64,000 bases of DNA from Candidatus Versatilivorator sp. (GTDB lineage Bacteria; Acidobacteriota; Terriglobia; Versatilivoradales; Versatilivoraceae): positions 4,640,001 through 4,704,000 of the forward strand of contig OZ242296.1 of the NCBI GenBank assembly GCA_965207735.1, written 5' to 3'. Below, in pieces: positions 10,319-19,698 of the stretch. A program made the position numbers and the translations under genes. The notes under the pieces are model-generated. The model was given only the letters and a program-made list of their open reading frames with translations, was not told the origin of the DNA and ran no database searches. Numbering within the stretch: position 1 is the stretch's first letter; every line of letters starts with the position of its first letter.

Positions 10319-11431
10319 CCCGCATTTCTCAGTGCGCCATGGAAAGGCGCCTTCTTCCAACGGGTGCGAAACCCGTCCAACAACTGTCGCTCCGGATGGT
10401 AGCAGCCAGGGCGGATCATGGAGGTAACGATATGGTCTGAAGCCCTCTGGTGTCAAAGGGCCGCTTAAGGCGGTTCAGCGAGCATGCGGGCCGGAACGCG
10501 AGTGAACGTCGAGCAGGCCTCGAAACGGGCAATGCGGGGGCCGACCCACCTGAGAAATGGGGAAGGCCGAAGACGGAGGGGGAAGCGAGCGACGCGGGCA
10601 CCCCTTTGGACCCGCCGGGGTAGTGGCGCTGGCACGCATGGAAGGGGAAGAAGGCAGCAACATGGGAAGCCCTGTGGGTGGTGAGGCACGCACCGAACCG
10701 GAAGCTCGCGAGAGTCAGTCTAGGCCGACAGGGTGGCGGAGAGGCCTGTAGTACCGGAGAAGCTGGGTAATACCGGTGGAGGGAAGGGGCCTCAGGTGAG
10801 GAGCGGTGACCGAAGGGGGAAGGGTCCCGGGAGTGGCGAAAGCCTGAAACCCCGACCAAAAAAAGGGCCGGAGACTCCGGAAGCATCACATGCAAAAGTG
10901 AAAGGGTCGTCGGAGGAGGACGGCGTCGTCAGGGCATCAACAGGCCTGGCGGCAACCCGGGAGCGGAAGTGGATGGAGTGGGGGACGGGTGCCAATCCCA
11001 TAGGAGTCGTCCACGGATGCGAGCGGGGACCTGTGTGCGAGACGCATGATCCCACTGGAGAGCCGAGATGCGGGAAAACCGCACGTCCGGTTCGGAGAGC
11101 GGGGACTGGAAACGTGATAAGGGAGCCGGACTGAGGCCCGAAGCGAAAGCGACGGAATAGCCACCGGACCCTATAGTCAACGCGCCAGTCCTCGACTCTA
11201 CCCAGGCCGCTGGTGCCATGACGATAAGTAGTTTATCTTCAGTACTGTGATTGGCTCCAGGGGAAGGGCTTGCGGGTAACAGACGGCGCTGGGCATGCCT
11301 TGGCTTGTCTTTTTCCCTTCAGCGCGCACATGCTCCCTCGCGCGTAGTGACCGCTACGCTCTTCGGTCGCGAGCACGCGCTGAAGGGAAAAATTCTGCGC
11401 CATGTTCATGCCCCCTGGTGAGAAATGCGGG
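10319..11431. mobile_element. MITE (243 bp once the intron is removed), 18-bp TIRs, TTAA target duplication
   Basis: Left TIR cccgcatttctca|ccagg (10319-10331 + 11202-11206) is the exact reverse complement of cctggtgagaaatgcggg (11414-11431). TTAA lies at 10315-10318 and 11432-11435. Internal 17-bp inverted repeat at 11310-11326/11376-11392. Confidence 0.85.
10332..11201 (+). ncRNA. ORF-less group II intron (IIB-like)
   Basis: 5' GTGCG; domain III-like gtaccggagaagctgggtaataccggtggagggaagggg; domain V gagccgagatgcgggaaaaccgcacgtccggttc (11060-11093, AGC triad); domain VI with bulged A (11195), ending ..ctctAC; no reverse transcriptase ORF. Confidence 0.93.
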
Positions 11432-13459
11432 TTAATTGGCCTTCGCACGCTGCGCGTAGTCCCGGTACTTGCCGAAGAGGGTCACGAACCTGGTGGAGAT
11501 GGAGTCGAAATTTCTCGGCTGCACCGGGGACCCCGGGCCTGCCTCAGAACCAATCAGGCCGAGATTTCTGTTTCCTATGAAGCTGGTTCTCACCGTCTCC
11601 TGCATTCTGGACGGAAGGTAGTAGGATCGCTTGCCGATTCCAATCTTCTTGTAGTCGATGGTGAGCTCGTAGGCCTTGATGGGTGACTCCTTGGGGATCT
11701 CGGCGTCCTTGGCGCGAAACCGCACCACCTGGAAGTCCTTGAGGTCGATCCAACATTGTCCCTCATACCCGTAGGTGACGGATTTCTTGTCGCTAACGCG
11801 GAGAGTTCGTTTGGAGTGCTCGGACGCAACACTAAAGCGGACGCGCGCCACCTCGCGGCCGCTGATCTTCTCCAGGCGTTCCAGTTCCAGGGTGGCTTGG
11901 GATTCCGGGGAAAAGAGCTCGGCGATGGCGGGACCGAACTCCCCTGCCGTCTGGGGAGGAGCGCTGCTGGCGCCCACGTTCTTGTAATGCTTCTGCTTGG
12001 AGTGATAGGAGAGTTGGTGAGCCAGGAAATCCTCCTGCGTCCATCCCCCCCGACCGATCTGGCGGTAGCGGCGTGTGGTCTGGTTGCAGACGAATTCGGG
12101 CAGTGTGCGCTCATAGTCAAAGGTCTTGGCGCGAACGGTCTTGAGGAACAGCGGCCAGTTCTTGCTGGTGGGCTTGGTGCCCGGCTTCATCAGGTCTGAC
12201 GCTTTGCTGGCGACGCGCCGGGGGCGTTTCTTGCGGGCGACCTTGACCACTCGGGCCGAGGCCACGAATTCCACGACCTGCTTCTTGCACAGCAACTTGT
12301 CCGGGAGTTGGCTTGCCTGATCACAGGTGGCCCCCGCCACTTCGGTCGGCCGCAGCAGGGGGGCGTCCGGGTTGCCGGTGGCCAAGACCCGTCCCTCATC
12401 TCCCACCACCGCCCCGGTCAGGTTGGCTCCCCGCAGGTCGGTCTCCTTGAGGTCGCTCCCCGACAAAGAGGCCCCCGACAAGTCGGCGTTCTGCAGATCG
12501 GCTCCTGTCAGCAGCGCCTCGTCCAGGATGGCTTTGCTCAGGTTTGCCTGGGCCAGGGAGGCGTCGCTCAGGTCGGCCTGGGTCAGGTCGGCCTGGCTGA
12601 GATCGGCCTTCTCCAGCCGGGCCCCAGTCAGATTGGCTTGAGTCAGCAGGCTCTGGGAGAATTTGGCTTCCTGAAGATTGGCGCCGATGAAGTTGCCGCG
12701 GTACACCTCCGCCTTGGTGAAGTCGGCCTGACCGAGATCGGCCTGCATGAAGTCCACCTTGTCGGAAAAGCCGTTTCGAAAGTTGAGCCCGGTGAGCACT
12801 GCCTGGCTGAGGTCGGAGGAAGAGACCTCCACTCCCTCCCAGTTCCGCCCGCTCAGGTCCACCCCGCTGAGATTGACCCCGAACAGGATCATCCGGTTGA
12901 AGAGCGCCTGGTCGAACTCGACGCCCCGCAGGTCGGTGCTACGGATGACGGCCTCACTCAGGTTGGCTCGATTGAGCTTGGCTCCCTGCAGTTGGGCTCT
13001 CGATAGGTGGACGGCCGTCAGATCGGCGCCGCTCAGGTCGGCTTCCCGCAGGTCGGTTCGGGTGAGGGTGGCCTCGATAAGCCGGGCTCCAACCAGCGTT
13101 GCTCCCTGGAGATTGACGTCGGTCAGGGATGCCCCCGAGAGATTGGCGCCGGAGAGGTTTCTGCCCTGCAGGTCGGCCTTGAACAGATCTGCCTTGCGCA
13201 GGTCGCCGCACTCTCCCCGAAAATCGGTATTGAGTCCCTGAACCCCAGCGTCGTCGGTGCATCCCTGTTCGCCCCGGTACCTGAAACGCGGGGTTTCGCC
13301 GGTGGGTGCCTGTTGGACCGCCTGGCCTTTGGGCGGGACCGCGCCGGATCCGGGGTCTTGGGGGGAGCCGGCCACTAAGGGCCAGAGAATCAGCGCCGGC
13401 AGCGCCGCTCCCAGCCGCAGCCGGAGAGGCCTGATGGAGGTGTGGACACTCATATTCAC
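11432..13459 (-). CDS. Secreted pentapeptide-repeat protein with C-terminal Acidobacteria-type domain
   Basis: Signal peptide, ~270 aa of A(D/N)Lxx repeats, then LPEFVCNQTTRRY..GEFG domain; GTG start with AGGAG RBS. Confidence 0.85.
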   Translation of the reverse strand: MNMSVHTSIRPLRLRLGAALPALILWPLVAGSPQDPGSGAVPPKGQAVQQAPTGETPRFRYRGEQGCTDDAGVQGLNTDFRGECGDLRKADLFKADLQGRNLSGANLSGASLTDVNLQGATLVGARLIEATLTRTDLREADLSGADLTAVHLSRAQLQGAKLNRANLSEAVIRSTDLRGVEFDQALFNRMILFGVNLSGVDLSGRNWEGVEVSSSDLSQAVLTGLNFRNGFSDKVDFMQADLGQADFTKAEVYRGNFIGANLQEAKFSQSLLTQANLTGARLEKADLSQADLTQADLSDASLAQANLSKAILDEALLTGADLQNADLSGASLSGSDLKETDLRGANLTGAVVGDEGRVLATGNPDAPLLRPTEVAGATCDQASQLPDKLLCKKQVVEFVASARVVKVARKKRPRRVASKASDLMKPGTKPTSKNWPLFLKTVRAKTFDYERTLPEFVCNQTTRRYRQIGRGGWTQEDFLAHQLSYHSKQKHYKNVGASSAPPQTAGEFGPAIAELFSPESQATLELERLEKISGREVARVRFSVASEHSKRTLRVSDKKSVTYGYEGQCWIDLKDFQVVRFRAKDAEIPKESPIKAYELTIDYKKIGIGKRSYYLPSRMQETVRTSFIGNRNLGLIGSEAGPGSPVQPRNFDSISTRFVTLFGKYRDYAQRAKAN

Positions 13460-13697
13460 AACGGACTCCTAAGGAATGGGTCCGGGTCGTGCCCGAAAGC
13501 CGCCCAGGTCAATCGGACGCCGGCATCCCGCCAAGACCCGTCGGAAGTGACCTCTAATTAGTAAAACTATAGCCCTTTTGGAATGGGGCCTCAAGCGACT
13601 AGCAATCGCTGGATGAAACCTGGAGTGTATCGGGGACGGGGGCAGCCACCCGGGACAACCGGGACCATCTCGTTCCGACCGGACAACAGCCTCTCCG

Positions 13698-15035
13698 CTA
13701 GCCGATCAGTTCGTCCTGCTTCTTTCTGAGCTCCAGGAGCTCCGAATCCACCAGCCTCACGTTGTCGTAAGTGATCATCCCATCTTCCGGGATGTCCTCG
13801 ATCACTTCGGCGCCGTGGGTCAGGCCGATGGGAACCAATCGTTCCTCCCGGGCTATCTCCGCCCGTTCCACCATTCCATAGGTGGCGTAGCCCCCCTCTC
13901 CGTCCAGAACGGTTCCCGCCTTCAAGGGCTTCTTGGCTGCCGCCACCACCTCGGAGATCTGTCCGATCACCGAGGCTACCGGTTCCCGGTGGATCATCAT
14001 GCGGGCGATCCCGATGGGGACTTCGTGCCCGATGAAATGTTGGGGGCGGTAGATCATGGCATGCTTGCTCCTGGCGCCGATGATCATGCCGGTAATCTCT
14101 CCGTAGGAGGCCATCGACTCCACCGGGAAGTCGTCCTGGCCCTCGACCACCGCATAGAGGCCGCCCCGCAGGCCGCGCTCTACCGGGGTGTCGTCGGGAT
14201 AAATGGAGCTGACGGCCTCCACCACCCCCTCTGTTTCCAGAATGCCGCCGCGCTCCTTGAGGCAGAGCTTTTCGGGGATCTCTCGCAAATCGGCTGTAGG
14301 AAAGTGCATCCCGCGGATGTCGGGGACCAGGCCGGTGGCATTGGAGAGGGCGGCCATCTCGATGGAGTGCTTGGTGCCGTCCAGGAAAGAGCAGAACATG
14401 CTGGCGTTGTAGTCCTTGCCCTTGAAGCCGTACATCCTGGGGACATCGTCGGGGTTGGCCTTGCGGAAGGCCAGCTTGAAGCGGGTGCCCTTGCCGGAGG
14501 CGATCAGCTTGAATCCCAGCGTCCGCGCCCAGTCGCAGAGCTCGGCGGCCAGGGCCGGCTCGTCTCCATAGGCCATGCTGTAAAGCACGCCCGCCCGGTC
14601 GGCCATCCGTTTCAGCAGGGTCCCCACCAGGATGTCGGCTTCCACAGTCACCATGACCAGGTTCTTCTTCTGTTGGATGGCTGCATAGCCGTTGGCGGCG
14701 CCGACCTCGGGGATGCCGGTGGCTTCCACCACCACGTCTACCCGGCTGCCGAGCAGTTCCTCGGCCCCGGCGGTCACGGCCGGCCGATCCAGATCCATGG
14801 CCCGGTCGATATCGCCGGCCGTTTTGGCGACCTGGACGTCCTCGCGGGAGACCCCCCCGAGGCTCAGGGCACGGACCGCCCTTTCCGGCTTGAGATCGGC
14901 AACGGCCGCGACTCGCATGCCTTTGATGCGGCAGGTTTGAGCCACGATTTGTGTTCCGAAGGTTCCGGCGCCGATGATTCCGACCTGGATAGGACGTCCC
15001 TCTCTTTCCAGTTCAGCCAGTCGTTGATGAAGCAT
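13698..15035 (-). CDS. NAD(P)-dependent oxidoreductase, homoserine-dehydrogenase-like with C-terminal SAF domain
   Basis: IGAGTFG, VEATG, YGDEPA, FLDGTK, LDGEGGY. Confidence 0.85.
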   Translation of the reverse strand: MLHQRLAELEREGRPIQVGIIGAGTFGTQIVAQTCRIKGMRVAAVADLKPERAVRALSLGGVSREDVQVAKTAGDIDRAMDLDRPAVTAGAEELLGSRVDVVVEATGIPEVGAANGYAAIQQKKNLVMVTVEADILVGTLLKRMADRAGVLYSMAYGDEPALAAELCDWARTLGFKLIASGKGTRFKLAFRKANPDDVPRMYGFKGKDYNASMFCSFLDGTKHSIEMAALSNATGLVPDIRGMHFPTADLREIPEKLCLKERGGILETEGVVEAVSSIYPDDTPVERGLRGGLYAVVEGQDDFPVESMASYGEITGMIIGARSKHAMIYRPQHFIGHEVPIGIARMMIHREPVASVIGQISEVVAAAKKPLKAGTVLDGEGGYATYGMVERAEIAREERLVPIGLTHGAEVIEDIPEDGMITYDNVRLVDSELLELRKKQDELIG

Positions 15036-15051
15036 CTTGGAATTCCTCTCT

Positions 15052-16305
15052 CTAGCCGGCCAGCAGCGATTTCAGGCGCTCGGCCACAATCCGGTCCTCT
15101 CCGGGTCGCAACATCCAGACGGAAACGGTCAAGCCCTGCATATTGTCGGGGGTTTGGCGGTTGGGCCGCATCCAGTGGTGGCCGCCCACTTCGATGGGCG
15201 GATGGCCCTGCTTGAGCTGTCCCGAGGCCTCGGCAGTGGTGATGGTGATGCGGTCGTAGTCCCACTCCAGGCTGAGGTGGGGGACGTGGTTGGCGATCTC
15301 CGGCACAAACGGTTCCGCCAGGACGCCCGGGATGGAGGCCAGGGCGGCGGCAATGGTGTCCACCCGGGACTGGAGGAGGCGTTTCTCTGCCTGGTGGTCT
15401 ATCTTGAGATAGCGCTCCACCGCCGCCAGCAGGCCGATCATCTCCTCCTTGCCCACCTTCATGCCCCGGCCAATGCCGCCCCAGGGGCTTCCGCACCGCC
15501 TGGCGGCCATCACCAAGTCTCTGCGGCCCAGCAGGAGGCCGGAACACTGGGGCCCCAGCAGGCCCTTGCCGCCGCTGAAGGCCACCAGGTCGAATCCCAT
15601 ACTGACATACTCGGACAGCCGCCCCTTGGGAGGAACGTCGGCGGCGGCGTCGTTGAAAGTGGGAACCCCGTGCTTCTTTCCCATGGCGACCCAGGTTTGC
15701 CGATCGATCCGGCCCTTGGGGTTGAAGGTGTTGATAAAGAAGAGCATGGCCGTCCCGGGATTGATGGCGGCTTCCAACTGGGCGGTGGTTTCGACTTCCA
15801 CGACCCGGGTGCCCACCAGCTTGATCTGGGCTTCGTAGGCTTCCCGGTGTGATTTCTGGATGATGACCTGGTTGGGCATGCCGGTGGTGTCGGGCAGTTG
15901 GGCCGTCTTGTCCGGGTCTCCCCGGGTGACGCAGGCCGCGGTTCCCTGGGTAATGGCGCCGGCGGCCCCGCTGGTGACGGTGGCGGCCTCCACTCCAATC
16001 AGCAGGGCGAGGCGCTCGCCCACTTTCTCGTGGAGATCGGCCAGAGGGACGAAGTGCTGTGCGGCCTCGTCCATGGCCCGGACCACCTCGGGCGGCATGA
16101 TGGTTCCGCCAAGCCGTGTGACGGTTCCCAGGGCGTTGATGTAGGTGGGGACGCCCAGGCGGCTGTAGACATTGTCTTCCGTTTTTCGAGGCGAGGCCGC
16201 TGTCCGTTCAACTCCGGCGGCGGCCAGCAGGGTCGGAGACGTCGATAGCCAGGCCGCTCCCGACAGGAAACGGCGGCGGCCCCAAAGGCGATGTTTCGGT
16301 TGCAT
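15052..16305 (-). CDS. SelA-like/DgaE-family PLP-dependent enzyme with twin-arginine-like N-terminus
   Basis: GRRRFL; INALGTVTRLGG, DAAAD, FSGGK (PLP lysine), GRGMKVGKEE. Confidence 0.8.
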   Translation of the reverse strand: MQPKHRLWGRRRFLSGAAWLSTSPTLLAAAGVERTAASPRKTEDNVYSRLGVPTYINALGTVTRLGGTIMPPEVVRAMDEAAQHFVPLADLHEKVGERLALLIGVEAATVTSGAAGAITQGTAACVTRGDPDKTAQLPDTTGMPNQVIIQKSHREAYEAQIKLVGTRVVEVETTAQLEAAINPGTAMLFFINTFNPKGRIDRQTWVAMGKKHGVPTFNDAAADVPPKGRLSEYVSMGFDLVAFSGGKGLLGPQCSGLLLGRRDLVMAARRCGSPWGGIGRGMKVGKEEMIGLLAAVERYLKIDHQAEKRLLQSRVDTIAAALASIPGVLAEPFVPEIANHVPHLSLEWDYDRITITTAEASGQLKQGHPPIEVGGHHWMRPNRQTPDNMQGLTVSVWMLRPGEDRIVAERLKSLLAG

Positions 16306-16386
16306 GGCTCCTCCTCACCCTGATTGGAAATAGCAGTGGCTGGCGCCTTCCAGCGTATCAGCCGTCGCCCGCGGCTCGACTTCCAA

Positions 16387-16411
16387 GACTCCCCCTCAAG
16401 AGGGAGTGATA
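16387..16411. repeat. Family D palindrome
   Basis: gactccccctcaagagggagtgata, near-identical to 2429-2454. Confidence 0.7.
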
Positions 16412-16414
16412 CGC

Positions 16415-17167
16415 CTACCCGGAAATCCGCTGCGAGGCGTCGTCCCGGGGGTCATAGCCCAGCTCGGCGCGGGCATTGGAGAGGTCCCAGAAGGCTCCCT
16501 TGTTGTTGGAGATGCCGTAGTAGACGCCGTAGCTGACATTGGCGCGCAGGCAGCGCTCCACCAGGTGGACCAGGTCGCGGTGGCTCAGCCAGGTTCGCAG
16601 AAACCTGGGATCGGTGGTGGGATCGTCGTCCGCCCGCACCGAGCCGATCCTGAGACAGATCGATTCCACTCCCCAGCGGGCGCAGTAGTAGCGGGCCAGA
16701 ATCTCGCCGAAGGCCTTGCTCACGCCGTAATCGCTGTCCGGCCGCATGGGGTGGTACACCGAGATAGGGACCGGTTCCGCCTGCGTGTGGAGATGCAGGT
16801 GGGGCGCGAAGCCCTCGTAGGCGCCGGTCACATGGTTCGAGCTGGCGAAGACCACCCGTTTTACCCCCGACACCCGGGCAGCCTCGTAGAGGTTGCGGGT
16901 TCCCTGGATGTTCACCCGGAACACGGGCTCCCAGGCGGTAGCGACCGCAACCTGGGCCGCCAGATGGATAACGCATTGGACCGGCGCCAGCTTGTCGAGG
17001 ACTTGCGACACTTGCTTGGCGTCGGCGATATCGGCCTGGAAGACCCGGTCGGAAAATGGCGGCGTGAGGTCCATTCCGCAGACCTCGAAGGATTTCCCCA
17101 GAGGGCCCCGCAGGACCCTTCCGATGAGACCGTTGATCCCGGTTATGAGCAGTTTGGGTTTGGTCAT
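16415..17167 (-). CDS. NAD-dependent epimerase/dehydratase (uronate dehydrogenase-like)
   Basis: TGINGLIG, FASSNH, YGVSK, TWLSHRD. Confidence 0.85.
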   Translation of the reverse strand: MTKPKLLITGINGLIGRVLRGPLGKSFEVCGMDLTPPFSDRVFQADIADAKQVSQVLDKLAPVQCVIHLAAQVAVATAWEPVFRVNIQGTRNLYEAARVSGVKRVVFASSNHVTGAYEGFAPHLHLHTQAEPVPISVYHPMRPDSDYGVSKAFGEILARYYCARWGVESICLRIGSVRADDDPTTDPRFLRTWLSHRDLVHLVERCLRANVSYGVYYGISNNKGAFWDLSNARAELGYDPRDDASQRISG

Positions 17168-17291
17168 GGCGAAACCCGTGGATTATAGCAGGCCGTGACC
17201 GCAAGCGTGCCCCTTCTGCCGGTCCATTCCGGCTGTGATTGGCGGGGTGAGATGTCAGCTCGGGACCGGGGATCAATAATTTTTCATTATC

Positions 17292-17445
17292 AACATCGAT
17301 GCACAGGATGCACAGGATAAACATGACGACAGGTTCCTGCACGAGATGTCGGCTCGGCTGATGATCCGGAGCGGGCTCGCGAATGTTCCGGACTAGAGGA
17401 CAAGGAACATTCAGGAAAATCCTGCAAATCCTGTGCATCGATGTT
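17292..17445 (+). mobile_element. Family C miniature element, 18-bp inverted ends, with GxxExxY-like N-terminal remnant
   Basis: aacatcgatgcacaggat..atcctgtgcatcgatgtt perfect IR; interior translates IDAQDAQDKHDDRFLHEMSARLMIRSG. Confidence 0.7.
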
Positions 17446-17597
17446 AATTATTCCTGTAAGTCCCGGAACGCCGGGTTTGCCTCCCACCGGCTCGACTGCG
17501 GGCTTCGCCTTGGTCTCGTGTAAGCCATGAATAGATTGCACATCTCTTGGTGATTTCCGGGGGGTGGCTTTGAAGGGCAATCGGATCGCTTGGTGTT

Positions 17598-17624
17598 GGG
17601 CGGGACGCCCGCGCTCCCGGGGGG
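17598..17624 (+). repeat. REP-like palindrome (family E)
   Basis: gggcgggacgcccgcgctcccgggggg; exact reverse complement at 55262-55288. Confidence 0.75.
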
Positions 17625-17807
17625 TACCGTCCGGTTTCAGGGCGAGAGGGAGCCCTGCGGGTGACTTCTCACCGATGGGTCGCACACCCGGATGGGGTCT
17701 GGCTCTTGCCCGAGGGGAGCCCAACTCGGCTATAATTCGGGAGTATCCTGAGGGGGCTCCTGCTCCCGGCGTTTTTCGCTCTCAGGTCCGGCTTTCAAGG
17801 AGTGATC

Positions 17808-19334
17808 ATGTCCTTATTTCAAGAAAGCATTTTGGAACTCATTACCGAGACCTCCACCAACCTGCCTCCGGACGTGCGGCGGGCCATGGCGGACGGCCTG
17901 CAAGCCGAGACGCCCGCCACCCAGGCTTCCCAGGCCCTCAACGTCATCGCCACCAATATCGACATGGCTACCCAGGACGAGGGCCCCATCTGCCAGGACA
18001 CCGGGATGCCCACCTTCAAGATCAGGACCCCGGTGGGCACGAACCAACTGGCGCTGCGGCAGGACCTCCACCAGGCCATTGCCGAGGCCACCCGGAGGGG
18101 CAAGCTCCGGCCCAACTCGGTGGACTCGCTGACGGGCAAGAATAGCGGCGACAACCTGGGCGCCGGCACCCCCATCGTCCATTTCGAGCAGTGGGAGAAC
18201 ACCGAGGAGATCGAGATCAAGCTGATCCTCAAGGGAGGAGGCTGCGAAAACAAGAACATCCAGTACTCCGTCCCCTGCGAGCTGTCCCACTTGGGCAGAG
18301 CCGATCGGACCCTGGACGGGGTTCGCAAGTGCATCCTGCACGCTGTCTGGCAGGCCCAGGGGCAGGGGTGCAGCGCCGGGGCCGTGGGTGTCTGCATCGG
18401 AGGCGACCGCACCTCCGGATACACTCACGCCAAGGAGCAGCTCTTCCGGACCCTGGACGACACCAACCCCAACCCGCAACTGGCCGCTCTGGAGGACTAC
18501 ATCATGAAGGCCGGAAACACCCTGGGGATCGGCACCATGGGCTTCGGGGGAGAGGTGACGCTGATCGGCTGCAAAGTCGGGGTCCTCAACCGGTTGCCGG
18601 CTTGCTTCTTCGTGTCGGTGGCCTATGACTGCTGGGCTTTCCGGCGGTTGGGGGTCATCCTGGATGCCGGGACCGGGGCTCTGAAGCGCTGGCTCTACCG
18701 GGAAGACCAACCGGCAGCTCCCATGGCGGCCGGGGAGGGATTTCCGAGCACGGGCAGGGAGGTCCGGTTGCAGGCACCCATCTCTGCCGAACAGGTGCGC
18801 GGGCTCAAGATGGGCGACGTGGTGCTGGTCAACGGCGAGATCTACACCGGCAGGGATGCCGTCCACGCCTATCTGATGAAGAACGATGCCCCGGTGAAGC
18901 TTCAGGGGAGCGTGCTCTACCACTGCGGTCCGGTGGTCCTGAAAGACAACGGCCATTACCGGATCACGGCGGCCGGACCCACCACCAGCATTCGCGAGGA
19001 ACCCTACCAGGCCGATATCATCGAGCGGTTCGGCATTCGGGCCGTGATGGGAAAAGGAGGCATGGGATCCAGGACGCTGGCGGGGCTGAAGGCCTCGGGC
19101 GCCGTCTACCTGAACGCCATCGGTGGGGCGGCCCAGTACTATTCCCGCTGCATCGAGGAGGTGAAGGGCGTCCACCTGCTGGAATTCGGGATTCCGGAGG
19201 CCATGTGGCACCTGCGGGTCAAGGACCTGCCCGCCATCGTCACCATGGATTCCCACGGCAATTCCCTGCACGCCGACGTCCACAACGCCTCGGCCATTCT
19301 GCTGTCCAAGCTGGCCGAGCCTGTCTTTACCTGA
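17808..19334 (+). CDS. fumA: Class I (Fe-S) fumarate hydratase
   Basis: PICQDTG, KGGGCENK, YTGRD, HCGPV, AGPTTS, MGKGGMG. Confidence 0.9.
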   Translation: MSLFQESILELITETSTNLPPDVRRAMADGLQAETPATQASQALNVIATNIDMATQDEGPICQDTGMPTFKIRTPVGTNQLALRQDLHQAIAEATRRGKLRPNSVDSLTGKNSGDNLGAGTPIVHFEQWENTEEIEIKLILKGGGCENKNIQYSVPCELSHLGRADRTLDGVRKCILHAVWQAQGQGCSAGAVGVCIGGDRTSGYTHAKEQLFRTLDDTNPNPQLAALEDYIMKAGNTLGIGTMGFGGEVTLIGCKVGVLNRLPACFFVSVAYDCWAFRRLGVILDAGTGALKRWLYREDQPAAPMAAGEGFPSTGREVRLQAPISAEQVRGLKMGDVVLVNGEIYTGRDAVHAYLMKNDAPVKLQGSVLYHCGPVVLKDNGHYRITAAGPTTSIREEPYQADIIERFGIRAVMGKGGMGSRTLAGLKASGAVYLNAIGGAAQYYSRCIEEVKGVHLLEFGIPEAMWHLRVKDLPAIVTMDSHGNSLHADVHNASAILLSKLAEPVFT

Positions 19335-19390
19335 GCCACCTCCGCTCCGGCAGCGGCCCGCTCGAGGGCACGGGCTTGCCGGCCGATCCC

Positions 19391-19419
19391 TTGCAAGCGG
19401 GAAGCGGACCGACTATATT
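19391..19419 (+). promoter_or_regulatory. Putative sigma70 promoter of tRNA-Gly
   Basis: TTGCAA-17 bp-TATATT, ~40 bp upstream of the tRNA. Confidence 0.6.
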
Positions 19420-19457
19420 GAGGGCTGCCGCACCGCCTTTTGGCGAGGCAGGAACGA

Positions 19458-19532
<75 letters not shown>

Positions 19533-19698
19533 TCTTTTCCTTATTCAGCAAGCCCATTAGCACACAAGACCACTGCACCCCCCGGTCAGCTCCTCAACAT
19601 CGCTCTCCCGTGAGGGGGATTCGGTCAGACGCGGGCGACGCCCGCGGTCGAGCCGATGGAATCCGGAAACTCCCTGAAAAAAGAAAAGGCGCCTCGCC

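Noticed and set aside
10075-10440. ORF downstream of the yhaN-like gene
   Set aside because: Low-complexity translation that crosses the MITE and intron boundary.
10733-11134. ORF as an intron-encoded protein
   Set aside because: No RT motifs (no YADD); it runs through structural domains III-VI.
15052-16305. True selenocysteine synthase SelA
   Set aside because: Has an export-like leader and DgaE-type motifs; no selB, selC or selD in the window.
17706-17736. fumA sigma70 promoter TTGCCC..TATAAT
   Set aside because: The 19-bp spacing is atypical; the -10 is plausible but not enough to call.
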